NCBI GenBank assembly: GCA_052327205.1
Contig: CM126206.1
Span: forward strand, 55,738,001-55,802,000
Length of the DNA: 64,000 bases
From: Somniosus microcephalus
Taxonomy: Eukaryota
Direction: 5' to 3'
Part shown: piece after piece, positions 25,487 through 37,520 of the stretch
Layout of the letters: every line of letters begins with the position of its first letter
Numbering within the stretch: position 1 is the first letter of the stretch
The notes under the pieces: model-generated
Told to the model about the DNA's origin: nothing
The model's database searches: none
The model's input: only the letters and a program-made list of their open reading frames with translations
Translations under genes and position numbers: made by a program

Positions 25487-27320
25487 TAAATGCACTCTTT
25501 GTAGTTATTAATATAGTAGTGCGGATCACTGCTTTTACAGAAAGTATTTAACCCTATTTGATGTGTTTAATGTGGATACCAAAGAACTCAAGTAATTACG
25601 TGATTTCTTTTCAGTGACCCTTACACTGTACAACGTGTGGAGAAATAGCGATGCAAGTACAACTGATCATTCTACTGCTATGGCATCACATAGTGTTAGT
25701 GTTGTACTGTGGTTAGGCACTTTTTTTTGGAGCGGGAAGGGGGAAGCTAATTAAATCATACTTTAAATTATTGTTCAGTTAAAACTCTATGGCGAGCTTT
25801 GTATGATGCCCAGCACTGAGAGCTGATCTCTGCAAATGCGGCTAGCCATAATGCAACTCATGATTTCATGAACTGTGCATTCTCCTGGCTGACTGACTTG
25901 TATTTCTCTCTTCTAACCAAGTGACAATGTCACTTTCTCTCTATTTATATTGAGATAAATATACATGTATCTGAATATATTGTACGTCTATGGGGCAAGA
26001 AATTGTAAATGTAACCAATGTCGCATTCAAAATCTCCATACTTCATTTACGTGATCTGGTAAGCAGCTCTCCAGTTAACAAAACAGATGCCAGTTTTTCT
26101 AGAATTTTAGTTTTAAAATATAATCTTTTTTGGCCGATTTAGATTATGAATGCCATTTGTTAGAAATGGCAAGTGGCTTTAGATTAATTCTCTGGGATTC
26201 ATCAGGACATCATTGCACACATGTGATAAGCCCTAGTGCTTCATAAGATTTAAGCTTTTCTGCTGTAGAATTTCTGGATGGCTAACTTATGTTTACTGTG
26301 GGAGAGTTCCTGATTGTGGTTAGTCATATATAGGAACCGGCATAAGCAATGCCCCACAGAGACAGTGATTACATTAAAACTACACAATTAACGATCTTTA
26401 TTGTTTTAAATTGAAAATTAATTCAGACTTTTTGCAACATACAGTATAAATTTTAATCTTTCTTTAAACTCTCGATATTTGAACAGCATCCCTCCAATCC
26501 AAATAATTGCAGGTGAGCTGATTTATTTAGGCAAATAGTGATTTTTTTTTAATGACTTTTTTTTAAAGGAAACATTACTTCTCAAGATGGCTTCCAATGA
26601 CAGAATTGCTGTAACCGATACTTTCAGTTTCGAGCCTCTGTTTTGCCCAGGGACTCTTTATATAGCGATTGAATTTGACAGCTTCTATACGTGCACCTAC
26701 ATAATGTGCTGAAGTAAGTCTTCGTTCCTCAATTAAAATCGCAGGTTTTTGTAGTCGGATCTTCATTAAGTCCTGGTATAAGTAGCTAAATCCCAGTAGA
26801 GGAAGCATGTTACAGTGCTCCCACTTTAGCTCGGAATCATTATTGTGAGCCTCCCAGATGGATTTGCTGGAAGACATAAAGGTATAAACTCTAGAAATGA
26901 TTATGCTGTTATTTTGCCATTATGATGAATTTTCAGGAAGGCATGGAATGAAGCAAGCTCGGGGGGATTGAAATTAATTGCAACCAAAAAGAAAAGCTGT
27001 ATTAGAATTTTTAAAAACATTGCCAGAACACCTGTACTTTCCCCATTATTTTCAGAATACAACTGATTGAAGTACTCCAATGAGATACTGTGAGCACATT
27101 AAAGCTTTTATAGCCTAATCTCTTCAGTGGCGAAGGACAGTGATCAATTATCGCAATATACATATTGTCACAAACTAGCTGTGGTTGGTTCGTACTAACG
27201 ATTAGGACAAAGGCTAGATTTCAGTCTTCTAACTTGGCCTGACAAAACATGAAACCTTGTTTGTCCCTTCACTTGTCACATTTTTTTCTACATTTGCAAT
27301 TTGCAGAAACCTTTATTACA

Positions 27321-27338
27321 CCCCCCCCCCCCCCCCCC
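27321..27338. repeat. C18 homopolymer
   Basis: Direct reading. Confidence 0.9.
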
Positions 27339-27863
27339 AAAATATCATCAACTGGGTATTTGGAGAATATAATGGTGGCTCCAATTCAGTGAAGGGAAGA
27401 GTGCCCACATTTCCTTTAGAGACCATCCACTGGCTGACTTAGCAGTAGTGTAGCGATACACAGTCTAGATCTTTGAATCTTCCGCAGAGCAAGATTTCCA
27501 GATAAGAGCTGCACTAAACCACTGAGGCCTTGAAAGTGAATATCCAGCTTTTCTTCCTGTTTACTCATCTTGGGGACAGTAGTAAAGAAAGCCCTGGTTT
27601 GTTCAGTTGTGCGTGTAGGAGAAAAGTTCTCTTGTTTCAACAGTTTACAGTTGTAAAATATCATGGTCCTACTCTGCGATAACTATTCCTGGTGAGATTT
27701 TACTGCGCTTGACTAAATTGGAGCATTCTCCTGAAGTATCTGTTGTGCATGCATGGCATTTGATGCACACAGGAGCTCAGTCTGTCCACTGCCTGTAACT
27801 GTGTCCAAGAGCTCAAAGGTGCCCCGCGCTCGCACTTGGTCACATCGGCTGAAGGTGCATCGA

Positions 27864-27961
27864 CGGGGGAGTGGCACTAGCTGAAGTGCTCTTGCAGAGA
27901 GCCGGCACAGGCCAAATGGCCTCCTCCTGTGCTGTAACCATTCTATGATTCTATTCTATGA
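27864..27961 (+). mobile_element. CR1 3' tail
   Basis: Matches 15665-15753; ATTCTATG tail repeats. Confidence 0.8.
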
Positions 27962-28147
27962 CTTCTCCCGTGAATGTGTAAAATTGTGATGGAAGTTGGG
28001 TTTCCACCAGAATCTTTAAATATTGCTTACCAGATACACAGCACGTCCCTTGTGACCAGGTATTAAAATAGATTTATTTGTAATTGAGATTTTCATCATA
28101 TTGTATAGTTTTAAGTCTGGTCAAACAATCAACGTCAACAATAACTT

Positions 28148-28757
28148 AGAATCATAGAATAGTACAGCACAGAAGGACGCCATTCGGCACATCGAGTCTG
28201 CGCCAGCTCTTTCGAAGAGCAATGCAGTGAGTCCCACTCCCCCGCTCTTTCCCCATTTTCCTTTTTTCTCCTTCAAGTATTTATCCAAATCCCTTTTGAA
28301 GGTTACTATTGAATCTGTATCCACCTCCCTATCAGGCAGTACATTCCAAATCCTGACCACTTGTTGCGTAAAAAAAGGTTTTTCCTTGTGTCGCCTCTGG
28401 TTCTTTTGCCAATCACCTTAATCTGCGCCCTCTCATTATCGACCCTTCAGCCATTGAAAATAGTTTCTCTTTGCTTACTCTCTTTAAACACTTCATGATT
28501 TTAAACACCTCTATTAAATCTCTGCTCCAAGGAGAAGAACCTCAACTTCTCCATTCTATCCGCGTAACTGTAATCCCTCATCCCTGGAACCATTCTAGTA
28601 AATATCTTCTGTGCCCTCTCCAAAGCCTTCCTAAAGTGTGGTGCCCAGAATTGGACGCGATACTCCAGCTGGGGCCGAACTAGTGTCTTATATAGGTTTA
28701 GCATAACTTCCTGGCTTTTGTACTCATTGCCTCTATTTATAAAGCCCAGGATCCCCC
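28148..28757 (-). mobile_element. CR1 3' fragment nested in an L2 tail
   Basis: LYKTLVRPQLEYRVQFWAPH, VRIWNVLPDR; agaatcatagaat tail. Confidence 0.9.
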
Positions 28758-29380
28758 ATTTATTAACTGCGCCTTTAACGGAGTAAAATGTCCCAAGGCA
28801 TTTCACAGGAGCGTTACCAAACAAAATTTGACACCAAGCCACAAAAGCTTGGCCAAAGAGGTAGGTTTTAAGGAGCGTCTTTAAGCAGGAACTCGAGGTT
28901 GAGAGGCGGAGAGGTTTAGGGAGGGAATTCCAGAGCTTAGACAGCTGAAGGCACAGCTGCCAATGGTGGAGCGATTAAAATCGGGGATGCTCAAGAGGCC
29001 AGAATTGGAGGAGCGCAGATATCTCGGGGGTGGGGGGTTGTGGGGATGGAGGAGATTACAGAGATAGGGAGGGGGCGAGGCCATGGGGGGATTTGAAAAC
29101 AAGGATGAGAATTTTTAAATCGAGGCATTGCTTAACCGAGAGTCAATGTAGGTCAGCGAGCACAGGGGTGATGGGTGAACAGGACTTGGTGCGAGTTAGG
29201 ACACGGGCAGCCGAGTTTTGGATGACCTCAAGTTTATGGAGGGTAGAACGTGGGAGGCCGGCCAGGAGTGCGTTGGAATAGTCAAGTCTAGAGGTAACAA
29301 AGGCATGGATGAGGGTTTCAGCAGCGGATGAGCTGAGGCAGGGGTTGAGTTGGGCGTTGGAGGTGGAAATAGGCGGTCTT
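28758..29380 (-). mobile_element. L2-type LINE 3' fragment
   Basis: Well-preserved L2 ORF2 end and 3' UTR; reverse complement similar to 40047-40820. Confidence 0.88.
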
Positions 29381-30844
29381 AAATCCCAAAATTATACGTG
29401 CCCTGGATAGGTGATTACTGAAGTATTTCATTGAACTGGACAGGAATGACACTACTTTTGTTGAATGACTAACCCCAAAGGTGGTGCAGTACTGTACAAT
29501 TTATGCATGCATTTTAATTTCTTCTGTCGTTGTTGTGTTGTAGCTACTGTGTAATTGTTCAGTCTCCTCCAGCAATAGCAACTTGAAGCAGCTGATTACT
29601 TTGATCCAAAAACGAGAATATAGTTGTGAGTTAATAATCACATTTGTCGTGGAGCAATTATGCTGGATAAAAGAGGCTGCTGAATGACAAGAAAAATAAA
29701 TTGGCTGCAAAACACATTTAATTACAAAATAATATCATTATAGTCAGGGGAACATGGTGTTCATACAGGTTCATTAGGTGTGTGTTATCAGTACCCCTTC
29801 TGATTGGTTAACCCTACTAATATCCATGGTGATGACCAGAGTTGCCAGCTTTGACTGGTGGTTGCCATGGAAATCATGTTGAGCTGGACAGTAAACTGGC
29901 TGAACAGCACACGTTGTATCTTTTTTGTGCATTATTGTATTGGTTTCTTTTTATTATTAGTATTTCATACACACTACTAACTTTGCATGTGGAATATTTC
30001 CATGTAATACAAGTCTTCAGTCGATGGCTAATTGGGAAGGAGTTAAAGGGGCATTTCTTGATCGGAGCTATCATCTAAGACATTAATCAATGCCATAATA
30101 ACAACAGAAAATGCTGAAAACACTCAGCAGGTCAGGCAGCATCCATGATGAGAGCAATCAATTCCATTATATTTATACCAGTAATAACACAAAATTTAAC
30201 CTTTCCCGCATTAAGGTCCCGACTAAAAAAAAAAAAAAAAAAGTTCACACATTAAAAATCATGTTTCAAATAGGAATTGAAATTTTTTTGTAGAGTTTAT
30301 ATTATGGCTTTGGTTCTTACCCATTATGCACAATCTGGAATTGTAGGCAAAGAGCCACAGCGAGTGCCACGTTGAATGCAAGTGGGCACTCGTCCATTTA
30401 CAAATGAGGAAAGCTTCAAAATGGATCCCAGCCAATTTATTTCTCTTGAGTTTTCAGATAAAATTTAGCTGTGGAGGACTGCAGCTTTGAATTGGTATTG
30501 ATGAGTTTGCCGGAGTCGGCCGATGGCCTGGTAAGTGGGATGGTTTCACTTCCAACATGGATCTCCAATTAACTGGCCTCAGCTCGACTTGGAATAACTC
30601 GTTTCTATTTTGTATTGGAAAACCAGCCGCGCTTATTGAGGAGCTCATCTCGCCAGTAGTAAACTGAAGGTTTTTTTGTTGAAGATAGGTTTCAGCACTT
30701 CAGGAATCGTGTTGGGATGAAACTTTGATTTTTTTTGTTGGTGTTGTATCTGTTACATGATCGATATATGTCTTTTGTTCAAGAAATATTTTAAATTACC
30801 AACGTCATTAGAAGTGGGGGTGGGGGCAGCGATTGCATCTGTCT

Positions 30845-31600
30845 AAAATAACAACAGAAAATGCTGGAAACGCTCAGCGGGCCAGGCAGCATCCGTGGAG
30901 AGAGAAACAGAGTTAACGTTTCGGGCCTTGGTGAGACCACACCTTGAGTATTGTGTGCAATTTTGGTCGCCTTATCTGAGGGAGGATGTTCTTGCCATGG
31001 ACGGAGTGCAGCGAAGATTAACCAGACTAATACTTGGGATGGCAGGAATGACGTATGAGGAGAGATTGGGTCGATTGGGCTTATATTCGCTGGAGTTTAG
31101 AAGAATGAGCGGGGATCTCATTGAAACTTATAAAATTCTAACAGGACTGGACAGACTAGATGCAGGAAGGATGTTCCTGATGGCGGGAGAGTCCAGAACC
31201 AGGGGTCACAGGCTAAGGTTAAGGGGTAAGCCATTTAGGATAGAGATGAGGAGGAATTTCTTCACCCAGAGAGTGGTGAACCTGTGGAATTCTCTACCAC
31301 AGAAGGCAGTTGAGGCCAATTCATTAAATATATTCAAGAAGGGGTTAGATATATTTCTTAAGGCTAAAGGGATCAAGGGATATGGGGAGAAGGCAGGGAC
31401 AGGGTACTGAATTTGGATGATCAGCATGATCTCATTAAATGGCGGAGCAGGCTTGAGGGGCCAAATGACCTACTCCTGCTCCTATCTTCTATGTTTCTGT
31501 GTCTGACCCTTTGTCAGAACTGGAAAAAGTTAGAGATGCAACAGATTTTAAGCAGGTGCAGAGGCAGGGAAAGGGGGAGGGGAAGAACGAACAAAAGGAA
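30845..31600 (-). mobile_element. Penelope-type pLTR split by a CR1 insertion
   Basis: Left part 30845-30925 (...gagttaacgtttcggg) resumes at 31501 (gtctgaccctttgtcagaactggaaaaag...), colinear with 18700-18880. Confidence 0.8.
30923..31500 (+). mobile_element. Young CR1 3' fragment with open RT C-terminal frame
   Basis: RALVRPHLEYCVQFWSPY...KGYGEKAGTGY* uninterrupted, then CTATGTTTCT tail. Confidence 0.94.
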
Positions 31601-31649
31601 CGCTGCATCTGTCTAAGATTGATTTGTCCACCACATGCTTCTTTTAAAT

Positions 31650-31945
31650 TGTTCCAGGATTGCGGGTGATGCTTGCAAGGCAGTCTTTATTGCTCATCCT
31701 TAGTTTCCCTGGGGGCATGAAGAGTTAACCATGGGGTCACATGTAGGCCAGACCAAGTAGGTTTCCGTTCCCTTTCCTGAAGGACATTAATGAACCAGTT
31801 GGGTTTTGACAGCTTTCATGGTTATTTTTGTCTGAAGCCACAAGTACCAGATTTATTGGATTCAATTTCACAATTTCTCATGGTGGGATTTGAACTCGTG
31901 ACCTTTGGAATGCTAGTCCATTACCATAATCACTGCTCTATTATA
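31650..31945 (-). mobile_element. SINE-like repeat with tRNA-like head
   Basis: Shares blocks with 36780-36870 and 37235-37520 (tgtaggccagac...tgaaccagttgg...tggtgggatttgaactc). Confidence 0.6.
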
Positions 31946-32110
31946 ACCCCCTTTTATTAGACGTAAGCAGAGAATAGTTCCGTTCAGAAGGAAAAAGACA
32001 GTAAAAGTTAAAGCAAAAATAAATGTTTTAAATGGAGGTGCCAGCAGCAAGGAACCTTGATTTTCCCTAGACGATAAATGGAGTTTTTGTAAAACACAAG
32101 GTGTTACATC

Positions 32111-32630
32111 GAAACATAGAAGATAGGAGCAGGAGTAGGCCATTCGGCCCTTCGAGCCAACATACCATTTGCCTTCTTAACCGATCATCGGGAACATCCT
32201 TCCAGCATCTAGTCTGTCCAGGCCTGACAGAATTTTATAGGTTTCGATGAGATCCCCTCTCAATCTTCTAAACTCCAGTGAGTATAAGCCCAATCGACGC
32301 AATCTCCCCTCATACGTCATTCCTGCCATCCCAGGTATCAGCCTGGTGAATCTTCGCTGCACTCCTTCCATGGCAAGAACGTCCTTCCTCAGATAAGGCG
32401 ACCAAAACTGCACACAATACTCAAGGTGCGGTCTCACCAAGGCCCTGTACAACTGTAGCAAGACATCCTTATTCCTGTACTCGAACCCTCTCGCTATGAA
32501 GGCCAACATACCATTTGCCTTCTTAACCGCCTGCTGCACCTGCATGCTTACCTTCAGCGACTGGTACACAAGAACACCCAGGTCTCTTTGCACTTCCTCT
32601 TCACCCAATCTATTGCCATTCAAATAATTT
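32111..32630 (-). mobile_element. Young CR1 fragment with internal deletion
   Basis: EVQRDLGVLV...KKANGMLAFIARGFEY...RALVRPHLEY...GRMFP, joined to the tail gaaacatagaagataggagc. Confidence 0.93.
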
Positions 32631-35600
32631 GTAGAATCAAGTGGAAATATAAGGTACTTCACTTTTCCACCTCGACATCAGTTTCAAGAGAATGACCCCT
32701 GCCTGACCTGTACACTGTACTCCCATCTTTACACTGAACATTGACAGTCGGTCATTGTAGGTGGATTGGACTCTGCAGTGGAATACGGAGAGCCAGTGTG
32801 CCAACGAGTGGGGGCTAACTCCTCACGTGTACCTCACTGAAACGTGGTGGCCATAACCAGGCATCAGGCCCGTCGACTCGCATTTTTATAGGTCTAAGCT
32901 GCCATCAGCTGTTACACTTGGGAATGCAGTCAATGGAAGAGCACTGCACGTCTGCTTTCTCCTGCATTCCAACCGTGTGAAAGCTAGATTCTGTTTAGCA
33001 AGGAGCAGCTGGGAGACAAGTGCTGATTTAAAGAGCCAAAAGGAAATAAATCGAGACCAAGAGAAAAAGAAAAAAAACAGCTGGAGCTGGAAAAAGGCAC
33101 AACAAAGCATTGAAGGAAACAAGTCAGAAATTAACCAAGAAAAGGAGTAACAAAATGAGACAAACTAATTGAAAAACCAAGCGTCACACAACTGACAAAG
33201 AAATGGTGTGATAACATAAGAAAGTAGAGGAGCATAGCAAATAAAAATAAAGACTTGTCGAGGAAGCTGAGCACATAAATGCTGTAAACTGATCAGAAAA
33301 AGGGAAAATGACATGAACCTTTAAAAGGTTTCTCATTTGGGTGTGCACATGTCATTTGTATCAGTTGTGCAGTGATGTGGGAAATGTATTACTTTTTTCA
33401 GGTCTGCCTTGTATGTCTCATGTAGTATTTCTCTTTTTTGATGTGGGAATTAGACTACTTTGGTGGAAAGCTAGTGGGAAAAATGTTAAAGGGGGAGCAC
33501 AGGGACATTGGCTGATTCTGCATAGAGTAGATGCTAATGTGCATTAAAAAAAAAGAAAAAATCTTGTCCAGCTGAAGTAGGCGCAAACAAGGGACAAAGA
33601 ACATGTGATGATAAGAGCTGGAAATGTGAAATGAAAACAAAAAATCCTGGAAATACACAGACAGGCTATCATGTGGTTAGAGATCCTTCCTCAGAACGCA
33701 AAGGGAGGAAGAGAGTCTTTATAGAACTAATCAAAGCCAAGAGGGGAAGCGAGAAGAACAGGTGAAGGTTGCAGGTCAGATGTGCTAAATATACCCTAGT
33801 ACATATAAGCAGCTGGAATGGGCTTCATATATTGTGCGAACAGAAGTAATAATATTGTTAAAAAAGGAAAATTGAGCCCAATTTAGGAATATGAAGAGAA
33901 ACTGAAAAATGGTGCAACTTTTGAGTTCAATGAGATGTTACTTTAAAAAAAATACTAAATTATTTATTTCAGTGCAGCGCATTTAAAACCAAATTCTATG
34001 TAAATGTTTTATGTTTAATCATTTTCTGATGAGATCAAGATGATAAGGGTTAGGAAAATAAAGTCGTAAGTATTTACAATATTGCTACTTAAAGTTGAAT
34101 GAAAAAATTGAGCAAATATTTACAGCACACTGCATCTATCTGTGTGACGTACGCTTTTAAGCTTCAACATGATTTTATTGCTGTTTAGACCACCACATGT
34201 CTCAGGAGCACATCTGGAGAGGGAAGGGAAAGAGCAGCAAGTTTATCTAATTTGTGTTTGTTTTTTGTTTCATTTTTAATGAGTTTGAAATTAAGGCTGG
34301 TATGCACTGGAGTCACTCCAGAGGGATGTAACCAAATTGGAGGTGGGGAAGTTGGGCACAGGAGTAACTGCTATGAGGAGATCTGAGGTTACAGGCAGGG
34401 GAGTGAAATTGGGCCAAGACAACACAAAATGGATCAGATTTTGGAACAACTCTTGGCTTCAAAGCCCGTGAAGATGAGCAAAGTTAAAAGCTCCAAGGCT
34501 TCATTAAACCTCTAACTGCATCTTCCTGACTGTCAGGAGCCAATATATGTACTGCAGTGTGGGCTCTACGGGCATGATGATCCGTAAATTTTTGTGCTAG
34601 ATTTTGGTTCCTATCTGTGATTCTCCTGCCATCTCAACAGCAGTTCTGATGCAGGATGCTAACGGTTTCAATGGCAGAATGAAGCTGTGCATTTACTGAG
34701 ATTCATATAATAGTTCTCAGTCAATCCAAACCACAGTTTATACTAATGTCAGTCAAATGTGATTTAATTTGGAGGCATTGAAATTCTTTCTATGATCCCT
34801 TCACCTCTTTAAAATAAATAATAATCGCTGTAGTGACTCATAAACATGGTTGTGAGTCATCCTGCAAAAGGGATCGATGTTAAACGTACAATGGGTCTTG
34901 CAGTATTTAGTTCCAGCATTAAAGACTCCAGTCTCCAGACCAAGTTTTGTGGTATTTACTAACCAGTGTTTGATTACACTTCCATTTTAAAATTGGAGCA
35001 CAATCCAATTAAGCTACTTGTCAGTTGTGGTCTTGTGTTTACAATTTGCTACGTTAAGTCACTGTAGTGGAAGGATGAGGTAAATGGTTCAAATGGCCTT
35101 ACTCATCTCCAGATATCTTTTGTCATAGATGCTTCTTGCTTATTTATTGGTGAAGAAGATTTGATGGTGATAGAAAAGCTAATGATATAATTCTGACACT
35201 AACATATCCCAAGCCGGGTCCCCACAATTATTAAGAATGAAACACTTGAGGAGAACTATTCCTTTCTAATCTGCTTTGACCAACATTTTTAGCACGGGGA
35301 GGCGGAGGGTCTGTCATTGTGTTCATGCAGTTAGACACCATGTGAGGCAATTACGAAGGCTCATTATCGTTATTTACCTGATACTGGTGGATTCAGCTGC
35401 ACGGTAGACATGTTCCCATTTGCTGGCAGTGTGATGGTTTTTCTCGGATAGAGTAACCTACACAGCAACAGGGCCAAATGGCTCTCTACCTGGTCTGGAA
35501 TCAGCTGGCTCGAGGATGCGTTATGTACTGTATTTAGATCTTTAGGTCACACCTTCATTTAGGCATTTGTGGCCTACAAACTTGGAGTATGATGAAGGCA

Positions 35601-36779
35601 TTGGTATTGTTTAGTGCGTTTTACTATTTCATTGTTGTATTAAGTAGGGTTAAGACTTTCATATTGAAATCAATCCAACAGATTTCACAGTAATGCGCTG
35701 TGCCCCCAATTGCTCAAACGGTTTCTTCCAATAAATTTCCAGTTAAGATTCCTGTCAGCATTGAGTTAGCTGATCTCAGCTGCAGTTATGGTGAGGACAT
35801 TATATAAGCATTCCATGGCTGAAGATGAAAACTTAGTCAGTGTTTCCCACTCCTGGAGGCATATTTTCCTCCCTCTGCTATTTTTAGGGGAATAAAGTAG
35901 ATATGGTTATAAAGTGGGGAATACGCCTGTCTACTTTGCCATTAAGAAAGCAAAGGAAGATATACCTTCATGGTGGCTATCCCTTGTTTCCTACTTGAAA
36001 GTGTGGATGTTGGATGACCCTGGTCAGATTTAGCTGTGATGTCTCCTAAAGTTGAATGGCCGGTGGCGGCTCATCCATGAAGTACATCAATTACTTATAA
36101 TTAGTGCTGCCTGAAAGGCTTGAGGATGATCACCATAGTGACCAAACTGCAGTACATAGAACAGTTAGCCCATAACTCAAGTTATGAACTACAAAGTACT
36201 TTGTTAGAGAATAAATGATATACCACAGAGGAGCATTAGCATAGTCCATGGCGATACCGTGTGCTGGACCATCTTTCCTACCCAAATTTTTCCTTGCACC
36301 TCCCAGAGGGGATGCTTGCTTAGTCTATGCTAATGATGGAGAAGGAATGACATTGAAGTCTGAGTTTGATGGAAACTTGTTTGAAGTAGACCAGACTAAT
36401 TAGTATAACTCCAATGTATGTATCTTAGAGAGTTTCATGGAATATTGTAGGGTTTTAAATAATCAATGAGTCAAATGACTGTATAAAATCCCAGAATGAG
36501 TAGAACCTGCTTAAGTGAGTTTCAAACATAAATAGTTGATTCATTCATCTTGGAAAATATCCATTTTCTGTGATCAGAAGATGTAAAATTTCAGAATGTA
36601 CCTTTCTGTGCAGAATAACCATGTTGATCGTAAACTATGAAGTGGTTATCCATTTAACAGAGACATACAATAAACTGAGTTATGTTTGTACTGTACTGTA
36701 TTAACTATACAATATTCCTTTTTTTATTTTCTTTGAACAACGTTGACAGTTTTCTGTAATTCGACTTTTTTTTAAAGTC

Positions 36780-37520
36780 ACAGGGTGTGCACATTGCTGG
36801 AAAGAACAGCATTTATTGTCCATCTCTACTTGCCCTGAGAAGGTGGGCCAGCTGCCGCCTTTAACCGCTGCAATTCTTTGAGGTGTATAAAATTATGAGG
36901 GGCCTAGATAGAGTGGATAGGAAGGACCTATTTCCCTGAGCAGAGGGGTCAATAACCAGGGGGCATTGATTTAAAGTAATTGGTGGAAGGATTAGAAAGG
37001 AGTTGAGAACTTTTTTCACCCTGAGGGTAGTGGGGGTCTGGAACTTACTGCCTGAAAGGGTGGTAGAGGAAGAAACCCTCATCGCATTTAAAAAGTACTT
37101 GGCGTGCCGTAACCTACAAGGCTACGGACCAAGAGCTGGAAAATGGGATTAGGCTGGATTAGCTCTTTATTGGCCAGCACAGACATGTTGGGCGGAGTGG
37201 CCTCCTTCTGGTCACATACATATCTATGATGATAGAACTGAATGGCTTGCTAGGCCCCTTCAGAGGGCAGTTGAGAGTAAATTACGTCGGTGTGGGTATG
37301 GAGTCATGTATAGGCCAGATCGGGTAAGGATGGGGTAGGTTTCTTTCCTAAAAGATGTTAGTGAATCAGTTGGCTTTGTAAGACATCATTCGTGGTCACT
37401 TTTACTGATACCAGTTTTTTATTTCCAGATTTTAAAAAACTGAATTCAAATTCTCAAACCTGGTGGGATTTGAACTCTCGTTCTCTGGATTATTAGTTCA
37501 ATAACATAACCACTACCCCT
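36780..37520. mobile_element. SINE-like repeat (-) interrupted by a CR1 3' end (+, about 36875-37232)
   Basis: CR1 text ttgaggtgtataaaattatgaggggcctagatagagtgg... between two halves resembling 31650-31945. Confidence 0.7.

Noticed and set aside
26487-26512. 26-nt AG...GTGAG mini-exon
   Set aside because: Frame-shifting, no homology, weak acceptor.
30895-31410. 171-aa ORF as a host gene
   Set aside because: Chimera of pLTR and CR1 RT C-terminus with a GTG start.
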